Source: Nitrospinota bacterium
GTDB lineage: Bacteria > UBA8248
DNA length: 61,152 bases
Direction: 5' to 3'
Assembly: GCA_046581755.1 (NCBI GenBank)
Contig: JAYGFR010000213.1
Span: forward strand, 1-61,152
How positions within the stretch are numbered: position 1 is the stretch's first letter; every line of letters begins with the position of its first letter. Made by a program: the position numbers and the translations under genes. Positions 1-8,893 of this stretch are shown in pieces. Below the pieces are notes generated by a model that saw nothing but the letters and a program-made list of their open reading frames with translations, searched no databases and was not told where the DNA came from.

Positions 1-1507
1 AGTGCGCCATGGTGTAGTGGATTCCCGCCTGCATGTGAAAGCCGAACACCAGGGTGGCGTTCGCGATGGCGATCATGAAGCCTACGAAGAGGATGGAGGT
101 GCGGTGGCGGTAGTCTTTCCAGTTGATGGCGGCATAGACGCCTCCAGCCAAGGCAAGGACGGTGAAGCGGATGTTGCCCGAAATCAGAAAACCGGCAACA
201 ACAGACGACATGACGGCCATCATAATGGCCGTCGATCGGCCAAGAAGAATCCCTGCGAGCATCGAGGCCGACGCCAGAGGGATCATTAGATAAAGAGCTG
301 AAAGTTCCGTACCGCCCGAAATATCGGATATTTCCTGGGCGAGACGTATGCCCAATTTGATCATGATGACCTGGCCCGTCAACATCAATACGAACAAGAC
401 GATGTTTTTGGGCTGCTGAAGGATGGCAAGATTGTAGCGGTGGGCGGCGGTCCATGCGAATACCAAAAAAAGCGAGACCAGAAGAACGGTGCCGAGAAAG
501 TTGTCCACGAAGTAGGCTTGGCCCCCTGAGCGTTCAAGAGCGCGGAGAGTCATTAGCGGGCTTTTGGTGACCCGCTCTCCTTCGCGGACGATCATCTCGC
601 CTTTTTTGTGTAGCAGCCTTACCGCCGGCACCTTCGCGGCGGCACGCTTTTGCGCCTCGACGGTGGCCTGATTGTTGAAATTCAGGGTGGGCTGGACAAG
701 TTTCGCCGCCTGAGCCGCCAGGAACCTGTGAGCGGCCCGGGGAAGCTGGAGGCCTTTTTTTCCCGATTGCCGAATCAGAAAACCTTCCACCTCTCTCAGT
801 TCGAGCGGCCGGGAGGATGAGGGAAAGCGCACGATATTTCCGGAGCGGATATCCCGAGTGACAATACCCTTGGAGGTGTGAATGGCATACAGGCGGGTGT
901 CGCTGACGACGCCTCTCGCCAGAACGGAACGGACAAGGCGGAAAAGGTCATCCCCGATCCATGCTACATAGCGTTCTTTCCGCAATATTTCGAGCATCCC
1001 GGACGAGAGGCTGCCTCCCAATATTTGTCCGAAAGAAGCCTCGATTTCATGGAACGCCGGGGAGCGGAAAAGCGTGCGGTAGACCTGGGACTCGCTCACA
1101 ATACCGGATTGCTTTTTTTCCGCCCGCAGATTGAGCATTCGGATTCTCACCACGGCGGACTGGACGGCGAGCGATTTCTGAATCTTTTCGAACGCGGCCC
1201 GAATCCTTTGCTCGATTTTCCCTTCCAGCTCTGAGTCCACATCGTAGCGGGGCAAAACCCGGTCGCGCGCCTTTTGGCGGAGGACCTCTGTCGCTGCCAA
1301 ATCCTCGACGCGCATGTCGTCCGGCGCCTTGATGTCGCGGCGCACGACATCGCCCAACTGGTAGTGGATGATCGAGACCGACTGACTGGTTGTCATCAGC
1401 ACCGAAAGAACCAGCGTCAAAAAGACGCCCAGAACCCACGGAAAGGCGTTCGAATCAACCCAACCCTTGGCGAGGTTGCGAAGCCGTCTGCCGCGGTGGA
1501 AATACAT
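1..1507 (-). CDS. 7TM-HD membrane phosphohydrolase (PgpH/YqfF family), N-terminal ~502 codons; the 3' end lies beyond the window edge
   Basis: Absent from the ORF track because there is no stop inside the window. Manual reverse translation from ATG 1507-1505 gives MYFHRGRRLRNLAKGWVDSNAFPWVLGVFLTLVLSVLM... The product has an N-terminal TM helix, a ~270-aa soluble region, then a series of hydrophobic helices (LGTVLLVSLFLVFAW, IVLFVLMLTGQVIMI, LMIPLASASMLAGILLG, IMMAVMSSVVAGFLI, ILFVGFMIAIANATLVFG). The frame is open to position 2. It lies directly downstream of phoH, as in the conserved phoH-yqfF-ybeY arrangement. Confidence 0.65.
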   Translation of the reverse strand, partial: MYFHRGRRLRNLAKGWVDSNAFPWVLGVFLTLVLSVLMTTSQSVSIIHYQLGDVVRRDIKAPDDMRVEDLAATEVLRQKARDRVLPRYDVDSELEGKIEQRIRAAFEKIQKSLAVQSAVVRIRMLNLRAEKKQSGIVSESQVYRTLFRSPAFHEIEASFGQILGGSLSSGMLEILRKERYVAWIGDDLFRLVRSVLARGVVSDTRLYAIHTSKGIVTRDIRSGNIVRFPSSSRPLELREVEGFLIRQSGKKGLQLPRAAHRFLAAQAAKLVQPTLNFNNQATVEAQKRAAAKVPAVRLLHKKGEMIVREGERVTKSPLMTLRALERSGGQAYFVDNFLGTVLLVSLFLVFAWTAAHRYNLAILQQPKNIVLFVLMLTGQVIMIKLGIRLAQEISDISGGTELSALYLMIPLASASMLAGILLGRSTAIMMAVMSSVVAGFLISGNIRFTVLALAGGVYAAINWKDYRHRTSILFVGFMIAIANATLVFGFHMQAGIHYTMAH

Positions 1508-1629
1508 GCGGGGGCCTCCGTTTTTACCTTTTCCGGATGCTTTCGCGTTTCCGGTGAGCTGGTTCAATGGGAAATCCTCGGAAATCCGTTTCGATTAGGG
1601 GATGTTGGATATGAGAGTTTGAGGGCGAT

Positions 1630-2586
1630 TTAGTCTCGATGGGCCTCGTAGGCCCGAACGATCTTCCGGACCAATTCGGTCCGAATCACGTCCCGCTCCG
1701 TAAAGTGGATAAACCGGACATCCTCGAGAGCGCCGAGGACATCCCTGGCATGTATCAGGCCGCATCCCGCCGAACCGGGAAGGTCGGTTTGGGTGATGTC
1801 GCCTGTAATCACCGCTTTGCTCCCGGCGCCAATGCGGGTCAAAAACATCTTCATTTGCTCGGGCGTGGTATTTTGCGCCTCATCCAAAATAATGAACGAA
1901 TCGCTCAACGAGCGCCCCCGCATATAAGCCAGAGGTGCGATCTCAATATCACCGCGCTGGAGAAAACGCTCGGCGCGGTCATAGTCCACCATATCGTGCA
2001 GCGCATCGAACAGGGGCCGGAGGTAGGGATTCACCTTGTCCTGCATATCTCCGGGCAGGAATCCAAGCCTCTCGCCCGCCTCCACCACCGGGCGGGTCAG
2101 CACGATGCGCGAAAAGGCCTTTTCCATCAGCCCCGCCACCGCCATCGCCATCGCCAAGTAGGTTTTCCCCGTTCCGGCCGGCCCGATGCCAAAAACGCAA
2201 TTACATTCCCGGATAGCATCGAGATAGTCCTTTTGGGCCACCCCTTTGGGGATCACATAGCGCATTTTCGAGGGAACGTTCACCCTCAACGAGATCAAAT
2301 CGGCCAGCCGAAGCTCGCCACCCCTGGCCACCGTCCGCGCGAGGGTTGCGATCTCATTTGGCTGGAACCGGCAGCCATCATCCACACAGGCCGAGAGCTC
2401 ATCGAAAAACCGAAGAGCCCCCTCCACCGACTCCAATTTCCCCTCCGCGAGAAACCCCTCCGAAACAATCCTGATTTTGACCCCGAAGGCTTTTCCCACC
2501 GCCCGGAGAGACTCATCCCGGTTGCCGATCAGGTGGATGAGATGGTCCGAACCCTGGAGAGGGGTGGCGGAAACTCTGGTGACCAA
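1630..2586 (-). CDS. phoH: PhoH-like ATPase
   Basis: 318-aa ORF with Walker A GPAGTGKTYLAMAMAV. Family motifs VLTRPVVEAGERLGFLPGD and FIILDEAQNTTPEQMKMFLTRIG are present. Confidence 0.92.
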   Translation of the reverse strand: MVTRVSATPLQGSDHLIHLIGNRDESLRAVGKAFGVKIRIVSEGFLAEGKLESVEGALRFFDELSACVDDGCRFQPNEIATLARTVARGGELRLADLISLRVNVPSKMRYVIPKGVAQKDYLDAIRECNCVFGIGPAGTGKTYLAMAMAVAGLMEKAFSRIVLTRPVVEAGERLGFLPGDMQDKVNPYLRPLFDALHDMVDYDRAERFLQRGDIEIAPLAYMRGRSLSDSFIILDEAQNTTPEQMKMFLTRIGAGSKAVITGDITQTDLPGSAGCGLIHARDVLGALEDVRFIHFTERDVIRTELVRKIVRAYEAHRD

Positions 2587-2701
2587 AAGATGAACTCCCC
2601 CGATTCAAATTCCCAATTCCTTGGGCCAACCGGGGAGGATCGTACGCCCCCGCCCGAACGCCGTCAACAGAAAACGGCAGGGTGTTTACGTCTTACATTC
2701 G

Positions 2702-3682
2702 CTACCCTCTGGGGTGGTGCTCGTCCAGCGACTTCCTCAGCGAATCCCTATCTATCTGGGTATAAACCTCGGTCGTAGAGATATCCGCGTGGCCCAGCAT
2801 CTCTTGTATCGCGCGGAGATCCGCCCCATGCTGGAGAAGGTGCGTCGCAAAGCTGTGGCGCAGCATATGGGGGCTGACCTTTTGCTTGATTTCGGTCGAA
2901 AGGGCCCACATATTCAGCCGGACCCAAAACGCCTGTCGGGTCATCCCTCCTCCCCTGCGCGTCACAAAGACGAAATCAGTTACTTTTCCCCGGAGAAGGG
3001 CGGGACGGGCGATTTCCAGGTAATTCCGCGTCCGCTCCTTGGCCACATCGCCCACGGGCACCAATCGCGTTTTGTCCCCTTTTCCATGAATGATGGAAAA
3101 TCCCGCGTCGAGTTGAAGCTGCGATATTTTCAGGCCCACCAGCTCGCTCACCCGCATCCCGGTGGCGTATAGCAACTCCAGCATCGCCCCATCGCGCATC
3201 CCCTCGGGCTTTCCCTCATCGGGCGCGGCGAGAAGTTTCTCCACCTCATCGCCGGAGAGCGTTTTCGGGAGCCTCTTCCAGGTCGCTTGCTGTGATATGT
3301 CGGCTGTAAAATCCTTGTCGATGTCACCCTCCCGGAGGAGGAAGCGGGCAAATGTCCGGAGCCCCGCCACATGGCGTCTGATGGTGATGGCCGCAAACCC
3401 CTCCTCCCTGAGATAGGCCATGTGATCGACTAGATCCTGGCGGCTCCAGGCCTTTGGATTCTGGGGCCCGCAGTCCTGGATCCACGCCAGAAACGTCCGC
3501 ACATCATGGGAATAGCTTTCCAACGTTTTAGGCGACATTCTACACTCTACAGTAAGGAAATCTTGAAAGTTACGTGCCATGTTCCGATATTTTATTTTAA
3601 GTATTTTTCGTGGATTTTCCGTGGAGGCCGCCTGATCATCCACTATTTTCTCCGGCTTTTTTGGCATTTTTGCTCGCCCCAT
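2702..3682 (-). CDS. xerD: Tyrosine site-specific recombinase XerD/XerC type
   Basis: Catalytic motifs are ELLYATGMRVSELVGL, HMLRHSFATHLLQHGADLRAIQEMLGHADISTTEVYT (R..H-x-x-R..H..Y). The start is uncertain: the first ~100 nt are AT-rich and an alternative ATG at 3580 (MARNFQDFLTVECRMSPKTL) fits the family N-terminus better. The XerD versus XerC assignment is tentative. Confidence 0.85.
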   Translation of the reverse strand: MGRAKMPKKPEKIVDDQAASTENPRKILKIKYRNMARNFQDFLTVECRMSPKTLESYSHDVRTFLAWIQDCGPQNPKAWSRQDLVDHMAYLREEGFAAITIRRHVAGLRTFARFLLREGDIDKDFTADISQQATWKRLPKTLSGDEVEKLLAAPDEGKPEGMRDGAMLELLYATGMRVSELVGLKISQLQLDAGFSIIHGKGDKTRLVPVGDVAKERTRNYLEIARPALLRGKVTDFVFVTRRGGGMTRQAFWVRLNMWALSTEIKQKVSPHMLRHSFATHLLQHGADLRAIQEMLGHADISTTEVYTQIDRDSLRKSLDEHHPRG

Positions 3683-3689
3683 TCTGCCC

Positions 3690-5339
3690 CTAAGCCTTCC
3701 TCGGAATCGCCCGTAACATTCCCTTCAACTCGGGAACGAATAACCACGAGAGGAGAAGGTAAACGCCGATACCCAGGATCACCTCGGCGCAAAGGATCCC
3801 CGCCCGGAGCCAAATTACGCCCGATACGGGCCAAATGAGCGCATTCCCCGCATAAACCAATCCTCCCATCAGGAGGGAAATCGGAAGCAGAGACTTAATG
3901 GCTCGTCCAAGGTCCTCCCGCGGCCATTCGGCGGAACCCCCGAGGCCCCGGAATAACAGCCAGGCGTTGAGGCCGCTTGCGATGGAGGTGGCAAGCGCAA
4001 GCCCCACATATCCAAAAGGAATCATGAGCGTAACGCTCAGGGCCACATTGGCGAGCACCGACCAGTTGGCGCACCGGACGGGATATTTCGTGTCCAAGCG
4101 GGCGTGATAGGCCACCACCAATATCCGGACGAGTCCAAAAAATACCAGCCCCAGGGCGTAGGCGCGGAGGGCGGCCGCGCTCGCGGCAGTGTCTGCTGCT
4201 CCAAATGCTCCACGCTCGAAGAGGATCTCCATAATCGGCTGGGCCAGCGCCATTAAACCGAATGCGGCGGGCAGCGTGATGAACAGCGTCAGGCGCCCCG
4301 CCTCGGCCAGCGGTCCCGGGCTTCCTCCTGGGTCATCCGTTCCCCCGTGCCTGCCGATGGCTGCCCGGTCGGCCAAGAGGGGAAACGCAGCGGCCGCCAC
4401 CGCAACGCTCAATATCCCATGCGGAAACTGCACCAAGCGGTTGGCATAATACAAATAGGAAATCGACCCCTCCTGGAGAAAAGAGGCCAGCCACCGGTCG
4501 ATCAGAACATTCACCTGGAGAATGGCGGCGCCAAACGCCGCCGGACCCATCAGGGATAGACACCTGCCTACGCTCGGAACGCGCCAGGGCAAGGAGGGAA
4601 GCGGCGTGACCCCGAGTTTGGCCATAAGGGGGAAATGCACGATGAGCTGGAACGCTCCGCCAAGGACGACCCCCCAGGCCAGCCAATAGACCGCCCCGCC
4701 CCCCACCGCGTAGGCGCCTGCCGCCACAAGGGCGCCGATCATCGCCACGTTCTGAATCACCGGCGCCAGCGCCGGGAGAAAGAACCGGCGGGCGGCGTTC
4801 AAGACGCCAACGGCAATGGCGCTCAGGCCGATGAAAAACAGGAACGGAAACATGATCCGGGTCAGATCGGCCGTCAGTCCCAGCTTTTTGGGATCGGCGG
4901 AAAAGCCGGGGGCAAGCAGGGCCACGAGGGGGCGGGCGTAATAAATCCCCAGGAGGCAAAATACCGCCAGAAAAGCGGCAAGGCTCACCGCCATGGCGCC
5001 CGAGAAGGCGCGGGCCGCCCGCTCGCCTTTTTCCGCCCGAACGTCCGAGTGGACGGGGATAAAGGCCGAGGTGAGCGCGCCTTCGGTCAGGAGCCTCCGG
5101 AACATGCTGGGAATCGCGAAGGCAACGAAAAAAGCATCCGTTACGAGTCCGGAGCCGAAAGCCCGCGCGATGAGAACGTCTCTCACAAAACCCAGAATAC
5201 GGCTCATGAACGTCGCCGCGCTGATGGGCCCTGCTGAACGTGCAAGGCCCCCTTGTCCGCTATTGGGTGCCCCAGCGCCGCTCGCCACCGGATCGGTCTC
5301 GATGGGGGGCTGGGACGGGGTGCTGGGAGTTTGTGTCAC
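3690..5339 (-). CDS. murJ: Lipid II flippase MurJ/MviN
   Basis: 549-aa polytopic membrane ORF. The N-terminal signature is SRILGFVRDVLIARAFGSGLVTDAFFVAFAIPSMFRRLLTEGAL. Confidence 0.9.
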   Translation of the reverse strand: MTQTPSTPSQPPIETDPVASGAGAPNSGQGGLARSAGPISAATFMSRILGFVRDVLIARAFGSGLVTDAFFVAFAIPSMFRRLLTEGALTSAFIPVHSDVRAEKGERAARAFSGAMAVSLAAFLAVFCLLGIYYARPLVALLAPGFSADPKKLGLTADLTRIMFPFLFFIGLSAIAVGVLNAARRFFLPALAPVIQNVAMIGALVAAGAYAVGGGAVYWLAWGVVLGGAFQLIVHFPLMAKLGVTPLPSLPWRVPSVGRCLSLMGPAAFGAAILQVNVLIDRWLASFLQEGSISYLYYANRLVQFPHGILSVAVAAAAFPLLADRAAIGRHGGTDDPGGSPGPLAEAGRLTLFITLPAAFGLMALAQPIMEILFERGAFGAADTAASAAALRAYALGLVFFGLVRILVVAYHARLDTKYPVRCANWSVLANVALSVTLMIPFGYVGLALATSIASGLNAWLLFRGLGGSAEWPREDLGRAIKSLLPISLLMGGLVYAGNALIWPVSGVIWLRAGILCAEVILGIGVYLLLSWLFVPELKGMLRAIPRKA

Positions 5340-5367
5340 GAACTTTCCGAGAGGCGGATGGGAGCGC

Positions 5368-5395
5368 TTGACAAAAAACGCAACTACAGTACTTT
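5368..5395 (+). promoter_or_regulatory. Candidate sigma-70 promoter for rpsT
   Basis: Consensus -35 TTGACA (5368-5373), a 16-nt spacer, then a weak -10 TACTTT (5390-5395). It lies ~75 nt upstream of the rpsT start, in the murJ/rpsT divergent spacer. Confidence 0.3.
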
Positions 5396-5468
5396 ACGCG
5401 AGGTGACAAAGCCCATCAAGATGGGGCCTGCTCCAAACGCGGAATTTTTTAAGGAGATCAAGGAAACC

Positions 5469-5738
5469 GTGGGAAATATCAAATCGGCGAAGAAACGGAA
5501 CCGCCAGAATATCGTTCGGAATGCCCGCAACAAGATCGTCCGGACTCACCTCCGGAACGCCGTCAAGAGTGTAATCGCGGCGGAAAAGTCCGGTGAAGGG
5601 GGCGAAGAGTCCCTGCGCAAGGCGCACTCCATATTGGCAAAGGCGGCAACGAAAGGGGTGATTCACCGGAACACGGCTTCCCGGAAGGCCTCCCGCCTGG
5701 CGCGGCGCCTTCATAAGGCTTCTTCCTCTTCCTCCTGA
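5469..5738 (+). CDS. rpsT: 30S ribosomal protein S20
   Basis: The track ORF 5253-5738 is trimmed to GTG 5469, giving (M)GNIKSAKKRNRQNIVRNARNKIVRTHLRNAVK, the typical S20 N-terminus. AAGGAG at 5451-5456 lies 12 nt upstream. The product is 89 aa. Confidence 0.9.
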   Translation: MGNIKSAKKRNRQNIVRNARNKIVRTHLRNAVKSVIAAEKSGEGGEESLRKAHSILAKAATKGVIHRNTASRKASRLARRLHKASSSSS

Positions 5739-5743
5739 TCCAC

Positions 5744-6838
5744 TCACCTTTCCGCTCCCGGAGATGTACGGCCGGGGGCGATACGGCCGGACCGGGCCCC
5801 GAACCCGGACGCATCCCGGGTCATCTCGATGATAAAAAGCTCAAGCGCATGAAGGGCGGCGTTTCCCCTGCCCGAGCGTTTGATTTGCCTGTCCACCGCC
5901 AGTAGTTTTCCGTACAAATTTCGCAAATACCGGCTGCTCACACTCCCGACGTTGCGGCGAAGCCGATCGACGGCGAACGGGGGTACTCCCAGCATTTCGG
6001 CCAACTCCTTTTGCCCGGTCCCGCGTCTCGCCGCGGCTTTTGTGATTGTCCAGCGCCGAATCTGGTTGCGTAAAAACCCGACGAGGAATTGGGGCCCGGG
6101 CCCCGAATCGCTCAGATCCCGCACGAGGGACAGGGCTTGCGGGGCATTGCCCTCGGCCAGGACGTCGCCGAGCTTGTACATGGCATCGACCTTCGAGCGG
6201 CCCACGAGATCGCGGACGGCCTCCGCGTCCGCTTCCTCTCCGGGGGCCAAGTAGGCGGCGAGTTTTTCGAGCTCCGAGCGGATTCGCCCCAGAGAGGGCT
6301 CCACCCATTCGGTGAGCAGCAGGGCCCCCTCCCGGGTCAGCGTGAATCCCAGGCCCTCCGCCTGGGATTGCATCCAAGCGGGCAGTTCCCGCTCGCCGGG
6401 CGTTTCCATTCGAAGCGAGAGGCCGGAGTCCCCAATTTTCCTGAAAAAGGTGCGCCGCAAATCGGCTTTATCCGCGATGAATATCAACACCGTTTCAGGA
6501 GGCGTATTTTCCACGAGGGGAATCAGGATGTCCGCATCCTTATCGTTTACCTGGCCAACCCCTCTAACCTCGACAAGCCGCCTGCCGGCCATGAAGGGAA
6601 GCGTATGGGCGGCGGATACGATATCCGAAGAGGGGGTTTCCCCCCACGAAAAAACATCGTGATTGAAATCGCTTCCCTCGCCCAGGACGGCCTGTCGGAT
6701 TTCCCGGAGAATTTCGTCGCGAAGGAAGGTTTCGGAGCCATGAATGAGGTAGACCGGCGCGACCTCCCCCTTTCGAAGGCGCGATAGCGCCGCGCGGACC
6801 TCTTCTCCCGATCCCTGGCGGCGGGACGATCGAACCAT
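5744..6838 (-). CDS. holA: DNA polymerase III subunit delta
   Basis: This is the C-terminal 364 codons of track ORF 5744-7450, starting at ATG 6838 (MVRSSRRQGSGEEVRAALSRLRKGEVAPVYLIHGSETFLRDEILREI). It has the delta-subunit layout. The upstream part of the long ORF overlaps lptE out of frame and is Arg/Pro/Gly junk. Confidence 0.85.
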   Translation of the reverse strand: MVRSSRRQGSGEEVRAALSRLRKGEVAPVYLIHGSETFLRDEILREIRQAVLGEGSDFNHDVFSWGETPSSDIVSAAHTLPFMAGRRLVEVRGVGQVNDKDADILIPLVENTPPETVLIFIADKADLRRTFFRKIGDSGLSLRMETPGERELPAWMQSQAEGLGFTLTREGALLLTEWVEPSLGRIRSELEKLAAYLAPGEEADAEAVRDLVGRSKVDAMYKLGDVLAEGNAPQALSLVRDLSDSGPGPQFLVGFLRNQIRRWTITKAAARRGTGQKELAEMLGVPPFAVDRLRRNVGSVSSRYLRNLYGKLLAVDRQIKRSGRGNAALHALELFIIEMTRDASGFGARSGRIAPGRTSPGAER

Positions 6839-6840
6839 GT

Positions 6841-7389
6841 TCAGAAACCCTCCAGAATCAGGCTGAGCAATTCCTCGGCAAAAAAATCCGCCGCTTTTTT
6901 GTTCGTGGCATCCCGGTTGGAGGCGCTGCCGGCCACCGCTTTGACGAGATCGAACTCCGAATCGGTCGCGATATTTTGATTGAGTATCTGCTTGCCGCTC
7001 CTGAGGTCGCGCAGGCGGATGGAGGTATTGATGAGCACCCGGTAGCGCTGGACCAGATCGCTCCGGCTGAATCCGATCGGGTCCAGGCGGTATTCTTGGA
7101 CCACGGCATAGAGGGAGATATCCGCGTTTTCGGCGTTCACCACGAGCAGCCGTCCGTCGTTCAGGAAGCGGTTGCGGACGGATTGGGCCATCAAGAAGCC
7201 GAGATTGGGCTCGCCCGTCTCGTCGCGGAAAATGGAGATGTTGATCGTCCGCGCGCCGCTCAGGCTGGCGGGGCGGCGGGTTCCCTCCAGGGAGTAGCCA
7301 CAGCCCAGATTCGCCATGAGAATCGCTGCCAGGGCCGCTCTCCATGCCCGGGAGCGCAAGGTTCGGATGGATATGGGAAATGTATTCAT
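6841..7389 (-). CDS. lptE: LPS-assembly lipoprotein LptE (RlpB)
   Basis: 182 aa with a signal peptide and lipobox AAILMANLG-C-GYSLEG, the typical LptE N-terminus. It has the conserved position immediately upstream of holA. Confidence 0.78.
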   Translation of the reverse strand: MNTFPISIRTLRSRAWRAALAAILMANLGCGYSLEGTRRPASLSGARTINISIFRDETGEPNLGFLMAQSVRNRFLNDGRLLVVNAENADISLYAVVQEYRLDPIGFSRSDLVQRYRVLINTSIRLRDLRSGKQILNQNIATDSEFDLVKAVAGSASNRDATNKKAADFFAEELLSLILEGF

Positions 7390-7940
7390 ACGATGATTTC
7401 GACGGACAGTTCTCTGCCCTCTCTGCGGCGGAATACGTTTTTTTCGGCAACGGCTACGAGTTCATTGTAGCGGCTGGGCTCTGGTTCGCAAACGGTGATA
7501 TTCACGTCGTAGGGGCAATTTTCCACCCCCCGCACCGCACCGCTCAGGGTCTCGGAAGCCAGATTTTCGTAGCGGACACTCGATTTTCCCGAATGGAATA
7601 CGTCCATCGCAATGTCACGGGTCGAAAATTTAAGAATTCGTTGAACGATCTCTTCGATTCGGACCGAGAGCGAGGAGACCGTGATTCTCCTCAGCAGGCC
7701 CAGGCCGGCAAACAAGACGTAGCGGGGTTCGATTCGGTCCCGCGTGGCCAGCAGTGCCTGTGACTCCCAGGCGCCGCTCAGGTTTCCCGCCTCGATCTGG
7801 CGGCTGGCCTCTTTGCCGAGAAGTTTATCGATCCGCCCCGGCACCCCGTTCAGCGGGAGGTCCTCTTCGGCGAAAACCGTTAGGGCGACAAAGCAGGGGG
7901 CGAATTCCAGCGAACGTGGGTCGATTCGAAGGCGAATCAC
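7386..7940 (-). CDS. Hypothetical protein resembling the N-terminal (non-catalytic) domain of M17 leucyl aminopeptidases
   Basis: 184 aa. The pattern ALTVFAEEDLPLNGVPGRIDKLLGKEASRQIEAGNLSGAWESQALLATRDRIEPRYVLFAGLG resembles Peptidase_M17_N, and there is no catalytic domain. Its stop overlaps the lptE start (ATGA at 7386-7389), and the nusB stop is 2 nt upstream. Confidence 0.55.
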   Translation of the reverse strand: MIRLRIDPRSLEFAPCFVALTVFAEEDLPLNGVPGRIDKLLGKEASRQIEAGNLSGAWESQALLATRDRIEPRYVLFAGLGLLRRITVSSLSVRIEEIVQRILKFSTRDIAMDVFHSGKSSVRYENLASETLSGAVRGVENCPYDVNITVCEPEPSRYNELVAVAEKNVFRRREGRELSVEIIV

Positions 7941-7941
7941 T

Positions 7942-8352
7942 TTAGACGGGCGTCTCTTCCTGGTGGAGGCAGTCCAGAATCCCGTTCACGAAGGCGGGCG
8001 TATCTTCCGTGCCAAAGCGCTTGGCCAGTTCCACGGCCTCGTTGATGGCCACCTCCGCCGGGGTTTCGGGGAAGTAGTGAATTTCGCAGGCGCCGAGGCG
8101 GAGGAGGCAGCGCGAGACCGAATCCATCCGCTTGAGCGACCAGCGCCTGCTCGCACTGGAAATCCGGCGGTCGATCTCATCGAGGTTGCCAAGAACCTTG
8201 GCCGCCAGGAGATCGGCGAAGGGCTCGAGATCCCCCTTATCGCTATTGAGCCGCCAAAATCGATCGGTCTCGCCCACCGCGTCGCCCTGGAGCAGATCGA
8301 GATGGTAGAGAAGTTGGAACGCCAGTTCGCGCGATTCGCGCCTTCCCTTCAT
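7942..8352 (-). CDS. nusB: Transcription antitermination factor NusB
   Basis: Track ORF 7942-8679 is trimmed to ATG 8352: MKGRRESRELAFQLLYHLDL...ACEIHYFPETPAEVAINEAVELAKRFG. The product is 136 aa. Confidence 0.9.
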   Translation of the reverse strand: MKGRRESRELAFQLLYHLDLLQGDAVGETDRFWRLNSDKGDLEPFADLLAAKVLGNLDEIDRRISSASRRWSLKRMDSVSRCLLRLGACEIHYFPETPAEVAINEAVELAKRFGTEDTPAFVNGILDCLHQEETPV

Positions 8353-8374
8353 GGGTCTATTCTCTCGCGGCGGG

Positions 8375-8863
8375 TCATTTTTTCCTTGATCGGCCTTTTC
8401 GGAGCGCTTTGGCGAGCGTCGCCATCTCGACAGCGGCCAGGGCGCCGTCAAATCCCTTATTCCCCGCTTTGGCCCCCGCCCGCTCAATCGCCTGCTCGAT
8501 GGTGTCGGTCGTGACGACGGAAAAAATCGCCGGAACCCCGCTTTGGGCGGATACCTGGGAGATCCCCTTGGCCGTCTCCGCGCACACGAGGTCGTAGTGG
8601 GAGGTGGCGCCCCGAATGACGCACCCCACGCAAACCAGGGCATCGTACTTTCCCGATTCCGCCATGCCCTTGGCCGCAAACGCCAACTCCATCGAACCGG
8701 GGACCCAGGCCAGGTCTACCGACCCTTCGGGCACGCCGCATTTTCGCAACCCCTCCCTCGCGCCCCGGACCAGATGGTCGACGATAAAGTCGTTGAACCG
8801 CGAGGCGACAATGCCGATTTTCAGCTCCCGGCCGTCGAAATTTCCTTCATATGTTTGATTCAT
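8375..8863 (-). CDS. ribH: 6,7-dimethyl-8-ribityllumazine synthase
   Basis: 162 aa: [21 protein letters not shown]...[27 protein letters not shown]. Confidence 0.93.
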   Translation of the reverse strand: MNQTYEGNFDGRELKIGIVASRFNDFIVDHLVRGAREGLRKCGVPEGSVDLAWVPGSMELAFAAKGMAESGKYDALVCVGCVIRGATSHYDLVCAETAKGISQVSAQSGVPAIFSVVTTDTIEQAIERAGAKAGNKGFDGALAAVEMATLAKALRKGRSRKK

Positions 8864-8893
8864 CGCTCTCCGCCACGGCCGGATTTTCCGGCT

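Noticed and set aside
2702-3682. The tyrosine recombinase might mark an integrated mobile element.
   Set aside because: It shows XerD/XerC-type motifs and sits in a housekeeping context (phoH, murJ). There are no flanking direct repeats, tRNA gene or phage or IS genes.
5744-7450. A 568-aa ORF suggests a much longer HolA.
   Set aside because: The N-terminal ~200 aa are junk-like and overlap lptE (6841-7389) in another frame. The delta-subunit similarity begins at ATG 6838.
7942-8679. Several track ORFs have N-terminal extensions. These include nusB 7942-8679, ppdK 11921-14809, recO 26723-27595, era 27881-28957, aspS 28873-30801, nusA 56786-58234, rpsO 51832-52146 and the ApgM-like ORF 19182-20576.
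   Set aside because: The extensions are Arg/Pro/Gly-rich, overlap the upstream gene, and lack SDs. Internal starts give canonical family N-termini with good SD spacing.
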